Source: a virus (lineage: Duplodnaviria; Caudoviricetes). Taken from it: DNA of 64,000 nucleotides. Where the stretch lies: positions 1 to 64,000 of IMG/VR virus record IMGVR_UViG_3300013383_000024. The stretch is one strand, 5' to 3'. Each line of letters opens with the position of its first letter. Position 1 is the stretch's first letter. The notes below the pieces were generated by a model that was not told the DNA's origin, ran no database searches, and was given only the letters and a program-made list of their open reading frames with translations. A program made the translations under genes and the position numbers. Of this stretch, positions 39,931-50,371 are shown one piece after another.

Positions 39931-40314
39931 ATGACACTAAAACAATATACGAGAGCTTATATGGCGCTCAACACTTTAATGGATAAGGAATGTGACTTCA
40001 GAACTGCATATGCGCTGTCCAAACTCCATGCTAAGTTAAAGCCGAGCGTGGAGTTTTTTATTAAGAAAGAGCAGGAACTCATCAATGAATTCACTGATAA
40101 AGATAGTGCCGGTGCTGTGATAACATCCGGCAGCAGACAGTTTTTATTTGCTAAAGACAAAGACCCCGCTGAGTTTACAAGGCTCCATAATGACCTTGAG
40201 AATGTTGAGGTTGATGAGGATATTGTAAAAGAGCGCATTAAGGCTCCCGAGTCCATATCTGCGTCCAATTTGATGGCGCTTGAAGCATTTCTAGATTTTA
40301 CTTTTGATGATTGA
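39931..40314 (+). CDS. Hypothetical tail-module protein
   Basis: ORF with RBS GAAAGGA. Confidence 0.65.
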   Translation: MTLKQYTRAYMALNTLMDKECDFRTAYALSKLHAKLKPSVEFFIKKEQELINEFTDKDSAGAVITSGSRQFLFAKDKDPAEFTRLHNDLENVEVDEDIVKERIKAPESISASNLMALEAFLDFTFDD

Positions 40315-40751
40315 TCGACGGAGAGGTGATACAAACGAGTAAGGTTAAGTTTGAATTAAATGTACTTCCGTCGATAGAAATGTACGGAGGCGATACTACC
40401 CCGTGGGAGATAACCCTTGTTCGTAAAGACGGAAGTAAGGTTTCTTATTACGGAACCGGTGAAAGCTGCAAGGCTACAATAAAGCTTGCACCTTTAAACA
40501 ATATCAATATGTTTGGCCACTCCCCTGTTTTGACACCGGTTCTCACTAAAGCTGCTGCTATCTCGATGATTGAAGAAAATGGCGGTACGTTAGCAACGTT
40601 CTCTTTTAAGACAGAGGACACCATAAACCTGTGGGGTAAATACATATATCAATTAGATGTCGGTTGGCCTGATGAAGGCGGCTCCGGTTCGAGAATTTAT
40701 CAGGGTACGCTCACTATCATTCAGAACGTTGACCGAAGTACTGGGGGTTGA
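40311..40751 (+). CDS. BppU-like/baseplate beta-sandwich protein
   Basis: GDT..W.I, DT..L.GKY.YQL motifs. Confidence 0.5.
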   Translation: MIDGEVIQTSKVKFELNVLPSIEMYGGDTTPWEITLVRKDGSKVSYYGTGESCKATIKLAPLNNINMFGHSPVLTPVLTKAAAISMIEENGGTLATFSFKTEDTINLWGKYIYQLDVGWPDEGGSGSRIYQGTLTIIQNVDRSTGG

Positions 40752-40755
40752 GTGA

Positions 40756-41169
40756 ATGAACAGCTTATATTGGCGCAATAAAATCATGCGCACTATGTAC
40801 ACCAATAACACAGACCCCTTCTATATCGGACTTTCTTCTCTGAAGCCCGATACGGATGCTAACAAAGCGTATGAGCCTACGGGCGGCGGTTATAAAAGGG
40901 TCAAGGTCGGTCCGTTCACCGAGCCGGAGAACGGGCGCGTTTCTCTGAGTGACGCTGTCGAGTTTGGGCGCAGCACAGCTCCATGGTATGAGCACCCTGT
41001 CAGAGCTTGTTATTGGGTGCTGTTTGACGGAGACGGTGCAGACGCCCACATCTTATCTTATGGCGAACTGGATGAACCCAAATGTATCGAAACTAACACT
41101 ATAATCCTGATTGGCGCTCAATCAATCGTCGTCACGCTCAGCGACTATCAGGAAGCAGTAGGTGGGTAA
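40756..41169 (+). CDS. Minor tail protein
   Basis: YIGLS..P..EP.GGGYKR..F..ST..W motif common in siphophage minor tail proteins. Confidence 0.6.
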   Translation: MNSLYWRNKIMRTMYTNNTDPFYIGLSSLKPDTDANKAYEPTGGGYKRVKVGPFTEPENGRVSLSDAVEFGRSTAPWYEHPVRACYWVLFDGDGADAHILSYGELDEPKCIETNTIILIGAQSIVVTLSDYQEAVGG

Positions 41170-41170
41170 T

Positions 41171-41599
41171 ATGCCGGGCTTTAAATTGCCGATAGGAGTT
41201 CAGCCAAGGCGCTTATTTTGTCGTACCGCTGAAGACCTTTCGTTTTTGTGCGAAATCCCTAAGTGCATAAGCTTCCCTTGTTATGTTGAAGATTACGGTA
41301 CATATTTGCTCGTATCTTCGCAGGGACTAAAAATGGTTATTGCCACGTCCGACAGTGTTCTTACCAGCAAAGAAACCATCGCATCAACGAAGCGGCTGGG
41401 CAAAGGGCTTACTACGCTCGGGGATGTCGACAGTCTTACATTGAATGAACTTGATGGTTGTAGCTTTGACGAAATTACATTTGACACAGCAGAGTGGTTA
41501 GTTCTCACTGGCTCTGCGGCAAAGTTCGGGCGACTTCAAACGCTCGGAGATTTTGACAGATTCACCCTGGGAGAGCTTGACCGCCTCCCATTACTATAA
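41171..41599 (+). CDS. Tail-module protein with TLG(D/E)LD repeats
   Basis: TLGDVDSLTLNELDGCSFDEI and TLGDFDRFTLGELD. Confidence 0.6.
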   Translation: MPGFKLPIGVQPRRLFCRTAEDLSFLCEIPKCISFPCYVEDYGTYLLVSSQGLKMVIATSDSVLTSKETIASTKRLGKGLTTLGDVDSLTLNELDGCSFDEITFDTAEWLVLTGSAAKFGRLQTLGDFDRFTLGELDRLPLL

Positions 41600-41640
41600 A
41601 ATTCGGGCGGTTTCTCCGCCTGTCCTGAAAGGAGGAGGCA

Positions 41641-44600
41641 ATGGCTCAAACAGAAAATCTTGGCCTTGTTCTGACCGAAGCCAGTGAAACTTCCATGAAT
41701 TTCTTAGAGTGGCGTCAGATAATCAATGGTTCAAATGATTCAAACGTAAAGAAAATTGATGCGGCTATCGGAGAACTTCAGGATAAGTTCAGTAACTACG
41801 CTGATGGGCTTATCTACAATGCCGATACCGGTGTGTTGCAGCTCAGCAGCGGCGGAACAGCGTTAGAGGGCAATAATGCTTCCGTCACGATAAAGCTCAG
41901 CGACTACTATACTAAATCGGAAGTTGATGAGCTTATAAAGAAGATACCCGGAGGTGGCGGCACAGTCGACCTCAGCGACTACTACACCAAGGCCGAAGCG
42001 GATTCAAAAATAAAAGAGGCAGTCGACAGTGTCCCAGAAGTTGACCTTAGTAATTATTATACCAAGTCTGCGACTGAAGCGTATGTCACTAATGCCATGA
42101 ATGACCTTGCTGGCAATTCGGCCATAGAGGATATTCATAGCCGTGCCGTTGGAGCGCTTGAGTACGATACCACCACATATGAACTTACCACTAAGAATCT
42201 TAATGGTGAGACCATCGGAGACCCTATCGTAATCAAAGGCGGAGGTGGTGGTGGAGATTCATATGCTGTTCGACTCATAAACGGTATGCCTGCTACCATA
42301 TTCACAGTTGCTTATGGCGCTCAGACTTTAATAAGTGCAACCTATAATGAGTATTACGGTACAGACCCCACCGGCAGCAGCGGCGTGTTGACGGTCAGCT
42401 ACAAGCCGTCTACCTCGGAAGACTGGACTGTATTTGCTAAACAGAATGTGCAGCACGGTGTAAGCTTCTCGCTCGACATTACAAGCCTTCTGCAGGAAGG
42501 CAAGACCATGGATATCGAGCTGAGCGTAGTCGGCGGCGAGTCGGGTCAGACAAGGACTTTAACGTACAGCATTACTGCCGTCGAAGCGACTATTTCTGCC
42601 GTAAACTATGACCCTGCCGCCGTTTATACCGGAGATATCAACTTCCAGTATAAGTGCATGGGTCGCAATCTTAAGAAAACTGTTCACTTCCTGATAGACG
42701 GTGTTGAGTATGCACAGGCCGACATTGGCACAAGTCATAACGCAACTCTCACTCAGCAAATAAAGCTTGTGGGTAATTACTCATACGGAGCGCACTTGCT
42801 GACTGTGTATTTTGAGACTGACACCGGTGCAAAGTCTAACGAACTGAGTCTCGCCATTCTTTATAATGACGGTTCCTCCGCTGCTCCGATGATAAGTGCG
42901 ATACCCGTCACAGACGAGATAACGTATGGCGATTCGCTTGGCGTTAACTATATTGTATTTACTCCCGGACAGGAAACCACAGACGAGCTTTTAATCCGTG
43001 TGTATTCTTCCGAAGACGGAGATGAAACGGAGTATGCATCGACAGCTTTGGCAGACATTCCGAACAGTAAACAGTACACATGGCAGACAGTCAATTATCC
43101 GTCTGTCGGCACTGCATACATAGAGTTAGCCAGCGGCGAGACATCTGTAACTGTTCAGGTCTTGGTCAAGGAGATTCAGACCGAATACGACCTGGATCCC
43201 GTAAGTACCAGCCTTGTATACAGCTACTCCGCATCGGGCCGAAGCAATAACGACAGCAACAAAGAGTTGTATGAGTATGAGTACACTACCGGCAGTGGTG
43301 TAACCACAAAAATCAAGGGCGTATTCGACGGATTCAACTGGGTCTCTAACGGTTATCTTGATGGTTCCTCTCTTACACTTAGCGGCGAGGCAAAACATAC
43401 TATCAAGCTGCCTATATTCTCTACGAGTTATACGGATGACGACGGCCAGACTGTTAGCCTCGAGAGTTCCAGCGGCGCAAGTGTTACCACTAATGGCCGT
43501 ACAGTTGAGATAGAATTTGAGTTAAGTAACGTTACCAATATTAATGCTCAGATCATAAAGTGTATGTCTGATGATCACGCCGGTTTTATCGTTACTCCTC
43601 AGACTTGCTACCTGTTGGCCTCTAACGGCGCAGATGCTGCTCTTGATGATACTGGCTTTATCGAGAACGAAGAGAGTATTGCCGCTGCATATATAAAGGA
43701 TAACAGTCGTATACGTCTCAGTTTTGTTATTGAACCCAAGGGGTCTGTTCAGTACGAAGATGACGGACAAACCATCACTGGGCAATGCGTCAACATCTAC
43801 ATCAACGGACAGTTTGCAAACTCGTTCCCCTATCCCGACAATGCCCGCTTTGGTCAGTCTGAATTTATATCTATTGGCGACAATAGCTGTATTACAAATG
43901 TGTATGATGTTCGCATATATAATCGCGGCCTTTCCACTGCTGAGATATGCCAAAACTACAAGGCGTCTCCCATCTCGGTTCAGGATAGGATTGCTCGTTT
44001 TGAAGACAATGATATTCTTACCGATGATGGAGATATTGACTATAACAAGGCTATAGAGAAGTATGCATGTCTGCTTATAACCGGTCCGCTGTCTCCTTAT
44101 AAAGGAGCAAACGGTATAAAAACATCAGGCAAATACGAAAGCGGCGTAACACTCACCAAGCCTGACGGTAACGGTAGCTATACAGTCGAATTCAATCTGC
44201 TTGATAAAGATTCAGATGGCGTATGGGTTAGTTCTAATAATGTACAAGGTACTTCTTCCGTCAAGTTTCCGGTTAAGAACTATAAGATTTATTTGGCTAA
44301 GATGGTCACAGATGAGCTGGGTGCTCCGGTTAAGAAAAAGGTTAAGTACTCTCTTAAAGGGAAAGACCCTGTAACGGGTGACGACTTATCTATTGGCGAG
44401 AGCACTCTCTGCTGGAAGGGCGACTACATGTCTTCCGATCATGCTAATACCTTTAACGCTAATCTTGCAGATACACTTTACAACGATGTTACTGCGTCAC
44501 AAGATCCTGCGCAGGGCGGTGATGCCCGTGTTCAGAATACAGTCTATGGTTTCCGCTGCTTACTATTTAGACGCGACGATATTGATAGCAAAATCGAATT

Positions 44601-47600
44601 CATTGGCGACGGTTGTTTAAACAATGATAAGGGCAATACAAAGACTTTTGGTCTTGAGTGTGATGAAGATTCCGGTAATGTTACCAAACGCCAGAAGTGG
44701 GAGTTTCTCAACAATACTGAGAGCCTTTGTTCTTTTCTCACAGATCGACTCCAAGAAGATATAGTTGCTGATACAGGCACTAAAAAGCGTGTTACGGCTG
44801 GTCTTGAATCATCTTACCCTGATCAGGGAGACCTCGAGGATGAAGGACTTACTCCTAATTATGACTATATACAGGCACTGTTCACATGGGTGTACCAGCG
44901 AGCGAACTTCTTACAGGCTTCCACTGATACGCTTGAGACACCTATAAGTTATAACGGCAGCTCTTATACCACACAGCGAGATTATCGTAAAGCCATATTT
45001 AAGAATGAATTCACACGGCATTTCGACCTTAATCATTCTCTTGTTTACTATCTCTTCTGTGAGTTTACCGCACTTTGTGATAACCGCGCTAAGAACATGT
45101 TTATGAAGAGCGAGGACGTTTTGGTAGAAAGTCTGCTCGATAAAAACGGTGCGGCATTAAATATAAACACCGTTATCGATGCTGGAACCGGCGAGGTACA
45201 CGCTGACCAAATAGACTGGGAGAACTCCACTTTTGCCGTATGGTTCCCTGTGCTGTATGACCTCGACTCCTGTTTTGGCGTAGAGAACTCCGGTTATATG
45301 CAGATACCTTATTATGCAGATTGGAACTATAAGCTCAATGGCGTTCAAAAATTTAATGGCAGAGAGTCTCTTCTCTGGCTTATGTTTGAGGAAGCCTTTG
45401 CCGATGAGATAGAAGCTAAGGCAAAAGAGCTTACAGGGAGAGACAGCGGTAATGGCGGTTTGAATTACGAGTCTTTATATGATTATCATATAAAAAACAA
45501 CGCAAAACTGATGTGCCCCGCTGCTATTAACCGAGATATGGAGACCAAGTACACCGACCCGTGGATAAAAGGTTTCGTGAATTACTCGGTTGAAGGTAAT
45601 CCCTTACAGCACATTTCAGACTATAAATATCTTCAGCGTGGCGATAGAACCGAACAAAAGGATGCTTTTATTTATAAGCGCTGCAATATGCTCTACAGCA
45701 AATATAGATGCGATAAGTTCCTGAATAATAATATCAACTTCCGTGTTGGTACTGATGGTGGCGTGCTCGCTGCGGACACAGGAATAACGATAACCGCTTC
45801 GCAAGCTCTCTATCCTGCGGTTAAATATGGTGATGGTGCTGCCGCAGTAGTGTCTGCTTCTAAAACCGCCGCCGGAATACCAGTAACCATAGTTAAGCCG
45901 GGAACTACCGAGTACGACAAGGTCGGCTTCTCAGATACAGTCCGTATTGCTGGTGGTGGGTTACTGACCGACATAGGCGATATCTCTAAATTCCGGCCTT
46001 ATGAGTTACAGCTTCAGAATGCCACCGGTTTGAAAAAGCTTACTATTGGCTCTGCTGAAGATGGATATACCAACTTTCAAATTAAAGCCATAGACACAAG
46101 TGCGTGTAAAATTCTTGATGAGTTGAATATCATGGGTTGTACAGGCATAGTCGGCAATGTCGACTTGTCTCGAAACGGACTTATTCGTAAGGTTTTTGCA
46201 TCTAAGTCCGGGGCTTCCTCAATAACGCTTCCTGTTGGCGGTGTATTGGAGGAGCTGCACCTCGGGATGGTAAATGACATTGAGGTTTTGAATCATACTG
46301 CGCTGCAAACATTCACATGCGATAGCTACTCCAAGCTTACCTCACTCAGAGTTGAGAATACTCCCAGTATTCCCGTTATGGACATTGTTAAAGAACGTCT
46401 CGCCTATCTCACCAGCGGCTTGCGTCTTGTCGGTATCAACGCTGATATTGGCGATGATCAGAGCATATTTGATTTACTGCTTAGTAACACCGCAAAGGGT
46501 AAGTACATAGATAATAATGGCACTCTGTCTGAGGACAAGGATGCCTATCCTTATATCAGCGGTACTATCACCTGCTCTAGGATAGGTTCTTATGTTCTCG
46601 AAAATATGAATAAGGCATATCCGTATCTGACTATCAAGTACGCCACGCTTGTCAATCAGTACTCCGCCACATTCATGAACGGAGATGAAATATACGATGT
46701 TCAGTATATCATGCACGGCCAGTCCGCGCTCAACCCCATTACACGCTCCGTTAATCCTCTTCCCGCTCCTACAAAAGAAAGTACCGACGCAGTTGACTAT
46801 ACCTTCAGCGGTTGGTCGGGATCTTGGAAGAATGACAATGAAACTACGGCCATAACTTCCAACGTGATATTTAACGCGGAGTACTCAGAGACCCCAAGAG
46901 AGTACACCGTCCGATGGCGGTACTATAAGGGCACCAACACCCAGGTATCGAAATCGGTTAAGATACTCTATGGCGAATCAGCCGAGTTTATTGACGAAGA
47001 TCTCGAAAACAACATCCCTATCAGGGCTGCGCAGAGCACAGACGATATGGGGCACTACTGGCTGTTTGACCATTGGGATAAGTCCACTGCTTGTGTCACC
47101 GGTGACATAACTGTTAACGCTGTTTTCTCTGAGGCATATCTAAACGATACTTGCACAAAATCTCTTAGTAATATGACTCCTGTAGATTTGTATGCGCTGG
47201 TACAGGGCGGCAAGCTCGAAATGACTCGCGAAGGCAGTATGTTCAAGAATAATAACAGCTATATTTCTTGTGCCGATACGATCGATGTTATACTCGGCAG
47301 AGACTACGACTATGACAACATACGTAGTCTTGAGCTTGTTTCGACAGATGACCCCAAGGAATTCTCCGGCACAAGCGGAAGCTATTATCTTCCTCAAGAT
47401 GGACAGGGTAAGGACGTAACACCCTTTAAGGATGGTGAGTCGTTTGTTCTTGCTGTAGACTTTGAATTCGATAAGACTGCTACCGAGAACAGAGTTCTCA
47501 TGAGCTGTTTCAGTTCAAATAACGGATTCAAGCTGCAGTGTGCAAAGGTCGACAATTCATCTGTATTGAACGGATTCGTTTACGGCGGACAGAGCAAGAC

Positions 47601-48504
47601 TTCTGTTTCGACGATAGCTATAAATAACGTTCGTTTTGATAATACTACCTCAACAGCTCCTGATCGTGAAATCGTAGTAATACGAAAAGTAAAGGGCGAT
47701 GACAATTTATATATATATTCGTCCAACAAGTCCGAGAATTCTATAAGCGAGACTGTTCTTACAGGTGCGTTCCTGTCTGCTTCCGGAGATGGTGCCGCCA
47801 GTTACAAAAACGCCCCTATTGCTTTCGGTGCTAATGTCACTACCGTAGGTGTAAGTGCTGCGTGTAAGGGGAAAATCTACTGGTCTAAACTGTGGTACGG
47901 AGATATTGGTGTTGATGCGTGCAGAGAAATAGCTTCGTGGCCGAGACAGCGCATAACGCTGGTCGCAACAGGTAAAGACTCAGACGATGTACACAACTTG
48001 TATGTCGATACAGTCGCGTCCGGTTCTGCGAGTCACTGCTGCTTCATCTCGCAAGGATTGCTTGGTGCAGTGCATACATTCTATTCTGCCGGGGAAATAG
48101 GAAGTTGGGAAAACAGTGATATAAGAAGCTGGATTTCTGCAAGATTAATCAAGGCGTTCCCGATGCAATGGCAGGGTCTTTTTGTCGACGGCAAGTTGCA
48201 GTCTGGCTGCTCTGATGGCAGTACTACGGAAACTGTCGATACTATATGGCTTCCGTCTGCTAAAGACATGGATGACAGTGTGGATACAGAAACCACATCT
48301 CCCTTCACGATATTCTATGATTCAAGTAGCAGAACGAAGATATCTTCGATTACCGGTTCATCTGCTGGTTATTTCACAAGAACATTTGCTCCGAGCACCG
48401 CATCATATCGTTATATACGCGGAATAAGTAATGGCGGCGGTTTTGAAAACTTTACTGTTTCCAATACTACGAAGCGTGACGTCTGCTTTGGTTTATTCAT
48501 ATAA
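41641..48504 (+). CDS. 2287-aa multidomain tail-associated protein: LamG-like, CotH-kinase-like, LRR-like and B-repeat domains
   Basis: DLSDYYTK repeats; QGTSS..PVKNYKI, DNRAKN, YDLDSCFG; LxxLxI/L repeats; YTFSGW. Confidence 0.75.
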   Translation: MAQTENLGLVLTEASETSMNFLEWRQIINGSNDSNVKKIDAAIGELQDKFSNYADGLIYNADTGVLQLSSGGTALEGNNASVTIKLSDYYTKSEVDELIKKIPGGGGTVDLSDYYTKAEADSKIKEAVDSVPEVDLSNYYTKSATEAYVTNAMNDLAGNSAIEDIHSRAVGALEYDTTTYELTTKNLNGETIGDPIVIKGGGGGGDSYAVRLINGMPATIFTVAYGAQTLISATYNEYYGTDPTGSSGVLTVSYKPSTSEDWTVFAKQNVQHGVSFSLDITSLLQEGKTMDIELSVVGGESGQTRTLTYSITAVEATISAVNYDPAAVYTGDINFQYKCMGRNLKKTVHFLIDGVEYAQADIGTSHNATLTQQIKLVGNYSYGAHLLTVYFETDTGAKSNELSLAILYNDGSSAAPMISAIPVTDEITYGDSLGVNYIVFTPGQETTDELLIRVYSSEDGDETEYASTALADIPNSKQYTWQTVNYPSVGTAYIELASGETSVTVQVLVKEIQTEYDLDPVSTSLVYSYSASGRSNNDSNKELYEYEYTTGSGVTTKIKGVFDGFNWVSNGYLDGSSLTLSGEAKHTIKLPIFSTSYTDDDGQTVSLESSSGASVTTNGRTVEIEFELSNVTNINAQIIKCMSDDHAGFIVTPQTCYLLASNGADAALDDTGFIENEESIAAAYIKDNSRIRLSFVIEPKGSVQYEDDGQTITGQCVNIYINGQFANSFPYPDNARFGQSEFISIGDNSCITNVYDVRIYNRGLSTAEICQNYKASPISVQDRIARFEDNDILTDDGDIDYNKAIEKYACLLITGPLSPYKGANGIKTSGKYESGVTLTKPDGNGSYTVEFNLLDKDSDGVWVSSNNVQGTSSVKFPVKNYKIYLAKMVTDELGAPVKKKVKYSLKGKDPVTGDDLSIGESTLCWKGDYMSSDHANTFNANLADTLYNDVTASQDPAQGGDARVQNTVYGFRCLLFRRDDIDSKIEFIGDGCLNNDKGNTKTFGLECDEDSGNVTKRQKWEFLNNTESLCSFLTDRLQEDIVADTGTKKRVTAGLESSYPDQGDLEDEGLTPNYDYIQALFTWVYQRANFLQASTDTLETPISYNGSSYTTQRDYRKAIFKNEFTRHFDLNHSLVYYLFCEFTALCDNRAKNMFMKSEDVLVESLLDKNGAALNINTVIDAGTGEVHADQIDWENSTFAVWFPVLYDLDSCFGVENSGYMQIPYYADWNYKLNGVQKFNGRESLLWLMFEEAFADEIEAKAKELTGRDSGNGGLNYESLYDYHIKNNAKLMCPAAINRDMETKYTDPWIKGFVNYSVEGNPLQHISDYKYLQRGDRTEQKDAFIYKRCNMLYSKYRCDKFLNNNINFRVGTDGGVLAADTGITITASQALYPAVKYGDGAAAVVSASKTAAGIPVTIVKPGTTEYDKVGFSDTVRIAGGGLLTDIGDISKFRPYELQLQNATGLKKLTIGSAEDGYTNFQIKAIDTSACKILDELNIMGCTGIVGNVDLSRNGLIRKVFASKSGASSITLPVGGVLEELHLGMVNDIEVLNHTALQTFTCDSYSKLTSLRVENTPSIPVMDIVKERLAYLTSGLRLVGINADIGDDQSIFDLLLSNTAKGKYIDNNGTLSEDKDAYPYISGTITCSRIGSYVLENMNKAYPYLTIKYATLVNQYSATFMNGDEIYDVQYIMHGQSALNPITRSVNPLPAPTKESTDAVDYTFSGWSGSWKNDNETTAITSNVIFNAEYSETPREYTVRWRYYKGTNTQVSKSVKILYGESAEFIDEDLENNIPIRAAQSTDDMGHYWLFDHWDKSTACVTGDITVNAVFSEAYLNDTCTKSLSNMTPVDLYALVQGGKLEMTREGSMFKNNNSYISCADTIDVILGRDYDYDNIRSLELVSTDDPKEFSGTSGSYYLPQDGQGKDVTPFKDGESFVLAVDFEFDKTATENRVLMSCFSSNNGFKLQCAKVDNSSVLNGFVYGGQSKTSVSTIAINNVRFDNTTSTAPDREIVVIRKVKGDDNLYIYSSNKSENSISETVLTGAFLSASGDGAASYKNAPIAFGANVTTVGVSAACKGKIYWSKLWYGDIGVDACREIASWPRQRITLVATGKDSDDVHNLYVDTVASGSASHCCFISQGLLGAVHTFYSAGEIGSWENSDIRSWISARLIKAFPMQWQGLFVDGKLQSGCSDGSTTETVDTIWLPSAKDMDDSVDTETTSPFTIFYDSSSRTKISSITGSSAGYFTRTFAPSTASYRYIRGISNGGGFENFTVSNTTKRDVCFGLFI

Positions 48505-48516
48505 GGGGGTGTTGGA

Positions 48517-49269
48517 GTGAGTTATAAAATAATTCAAAACGGTGAAGTTGTATCCGTTATAGATTCACCTGTATGGGTCACTCAGCTTTCCAATGGCTCA
48601 ATAATCCGTAGTGGTCTGTCTAACGCTATGGGTGTAGTTTCGGCGGACGGAACTCGAACGTTTCATATTATCGGTGCAAAAAAGTTTGTTAATGCCGGGC
48701 GTAAGTTTGAGGATGTAGAAGCTGTTTATATAAACGCGGCTGAGGCTGAGGAGCTTAAAACACTCCTGGAACTCGGTGCCTCTGTCAGCGGAGACGCAGA
48801 CGTTACATGGGACGAGCCTACTGACGAACCCGAACCCGAGACCATTGAGGATAATGCTACTTTAGACGAGGCCAAAGATCGCAAGATAGCGCTGCTCTCC
48901 GAGGACTCCCGTCAGGTCATTTATAACGGTGTTGACGTAGAGACCACGGCTGGAGTTGAGCACTTTGCTTTGGGTATTAATGAACAGCTCGACCTGATAA
49001 CGCTCTATTCTTTAGCCTCGACGGATGTTGAACAGATACCCTATCACAACTCAGATGGCGATTGCCGCTATTACAGCGGTGAGGACATCCTTAAAATAAT
49101 AAGCGCTGCGAACAAGCTCAAGATGTATCACTCGGCATATATGGACAGCCTGAAAAGATGGGTCTCTGCAATGCAGAGCATCTCTGAGGTTGGCCAAGTT
49201 AAGTATGGCGATACTATCCCTGATGCTTATTGCACAGATGTGTATCGGGATATAGCCTCCAGCGTTTAA
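48517..49269 (+). CDS. Tail-fibre-associated protein (DUF4376-like C-terminus)
   Basis: EHFAL..Q..L, PYH..G.CRYYS, V.YG..IP motifs. Confidence 0.55.
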   Translation: MSYKIIQNGEVVSVIDSPVWVTQLSNGSIIRSGLSNAMGVVSADGTRTFHIIGAKKFVNAGRKFEDVEAVYINAAEAEELKTLLELGASVSGDADVTWDEPTDEPEPETIEDNATLDEAKDRKIALLSEDSRQVIYNGVDVETTAGVEHFALGINEQLDLITLYSLASTDVEQIPYHNSDGDCRYYSGEDILKIISAANKLKMYHSAYMDSLKRWVSAMQSISEVGQVKYGDTIPDAYCTDVYRDIASSV

Positions 49270-49327
49270 TAATAGCCGCCTGTCGTTTTAGGCAGGCGGC
49301 AAACTCTAAGTAAAGGAGGCGAACGAA

Positions 49328-49948
49328 ATGTATGTCATTAAAATGAATGCAGATAAGAGTCTGCAAACGACCATACATGCAAACATATATCAGGGCGAGA
49401 AAAACGCCGATACGCTTGTGTTCCTGATTCCCAAGCTATACGGTAATCAGAATGTGGCTGACTGCGATCTTCTGATGCGTTATATATTGCCCAGTGGATA
49501 TGGTAGGTCTGAGGCTCTCGAATTGGCGCTTGAGCCCTACAATTCAGATTACTATCGTTATGACCTGAAGCTGGATACAAAGCTGACCGAGTTTGCCGGA
49601 GATATAGAAATTTGGTTAAGCGCTATTAGCTTAAACGACAACGTTGTGTTTAAGACCGGCAGTGTTGAGCTGACTGTTCTGCCGTCTAAGGATATTGCAG
49701 ACTACCTCGACCCCAAGAGCAGAGATCAACTGGATAAACTCAGTGAGAAGGTCTCCAAGCTTGAAGTCGAAAAAGCGGATAACATCTTTTATGATGAAGA
49801 AGATAATTATCTTCAACTGTCCTCTAACGGCTCGGCAATCGGGAACAAGATCGACATGTCTAAGGTCAAAGGCGATGACGAAGTCATTGATTTTGATCAA
49901 GTACCTGATATCCCCGATGACGATAATGACAACGTTATTTATTTCTAA
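49328..49948 (+). CDS. BppU N-terminal-like baseplate protein
   Basis: YQGEKNADTLVF, LTEFAGDIE. Confidence 0.55.
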   Translation: MYVIKMNADKSLQTTIHANIYQGEKNADTLVFLIPKLYGNQNVADCDLLMRYILPSGYGRSEALELALEPYNSDYYRYDLKLDTKLTEFAGDIEIWLSAISLNDNVVFKTGSVELTVLPSKDIADYLDPKSRDQLDKLSEKVSKLEVEKADNIFYDEEDNYLQLSSNGSAIGNKIDMSKVKGDDEVIDFDQVPDIPDDDNDNVIYF

Positions 49949-49966
49949 AACAGGAGGTGATTAAAA

Positions 49967-50326
49967 GTGGGTGTAAGAGTTGCGTATGGCAGACGCGAAA
50001 AGATCCCTGCGGCGATTGAAAGCGGAACCGTGCCTAAAGATAGCATCATAATCACCAAAGACGACGAGGCTGAACTCTTATTCTACGATGCCTCTGGAAA
50101 CTTGAGAAACATCCATGAAAGAACTCGGTTCGAAACAACCACTGAAGCCTTGACGTGGATAAAGAAGTATGGTTGTCTTGGCAACATAGTTACGATCCAT
50201 AACGGCGCTGATTGGACCCCGTTTGTTGTTCAGGATGGATATACGTTATCTCCCATCAAAAATGAACCCGGAGAGATAACTGATGTAAAAAGAATAGATG
50301 GCGGTAGACCCGGCGGCCTTATTTAG
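49967..50326 (+). CDS. Hypothetical tail-fibre-module protein
   Basis: RBS AGGAGGTGA; ends with IDGG motif. Confidence 0.6.
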   Translation: MGVRVAYGRREKIPAAIESGTVPKDSIIITKDDEAELLFYDASGNLRNIHERTRFETTTEALTWIKKYGCLGNIVTIHNGADWTPFVVQDGYTLSPIKNEPGEITDVKRIDGGRPGGLI

Positions 50327-50371
50327 GTTGCCGGTTTTATTATATTTAAATTTTAATACAGGAGGTTCTAC

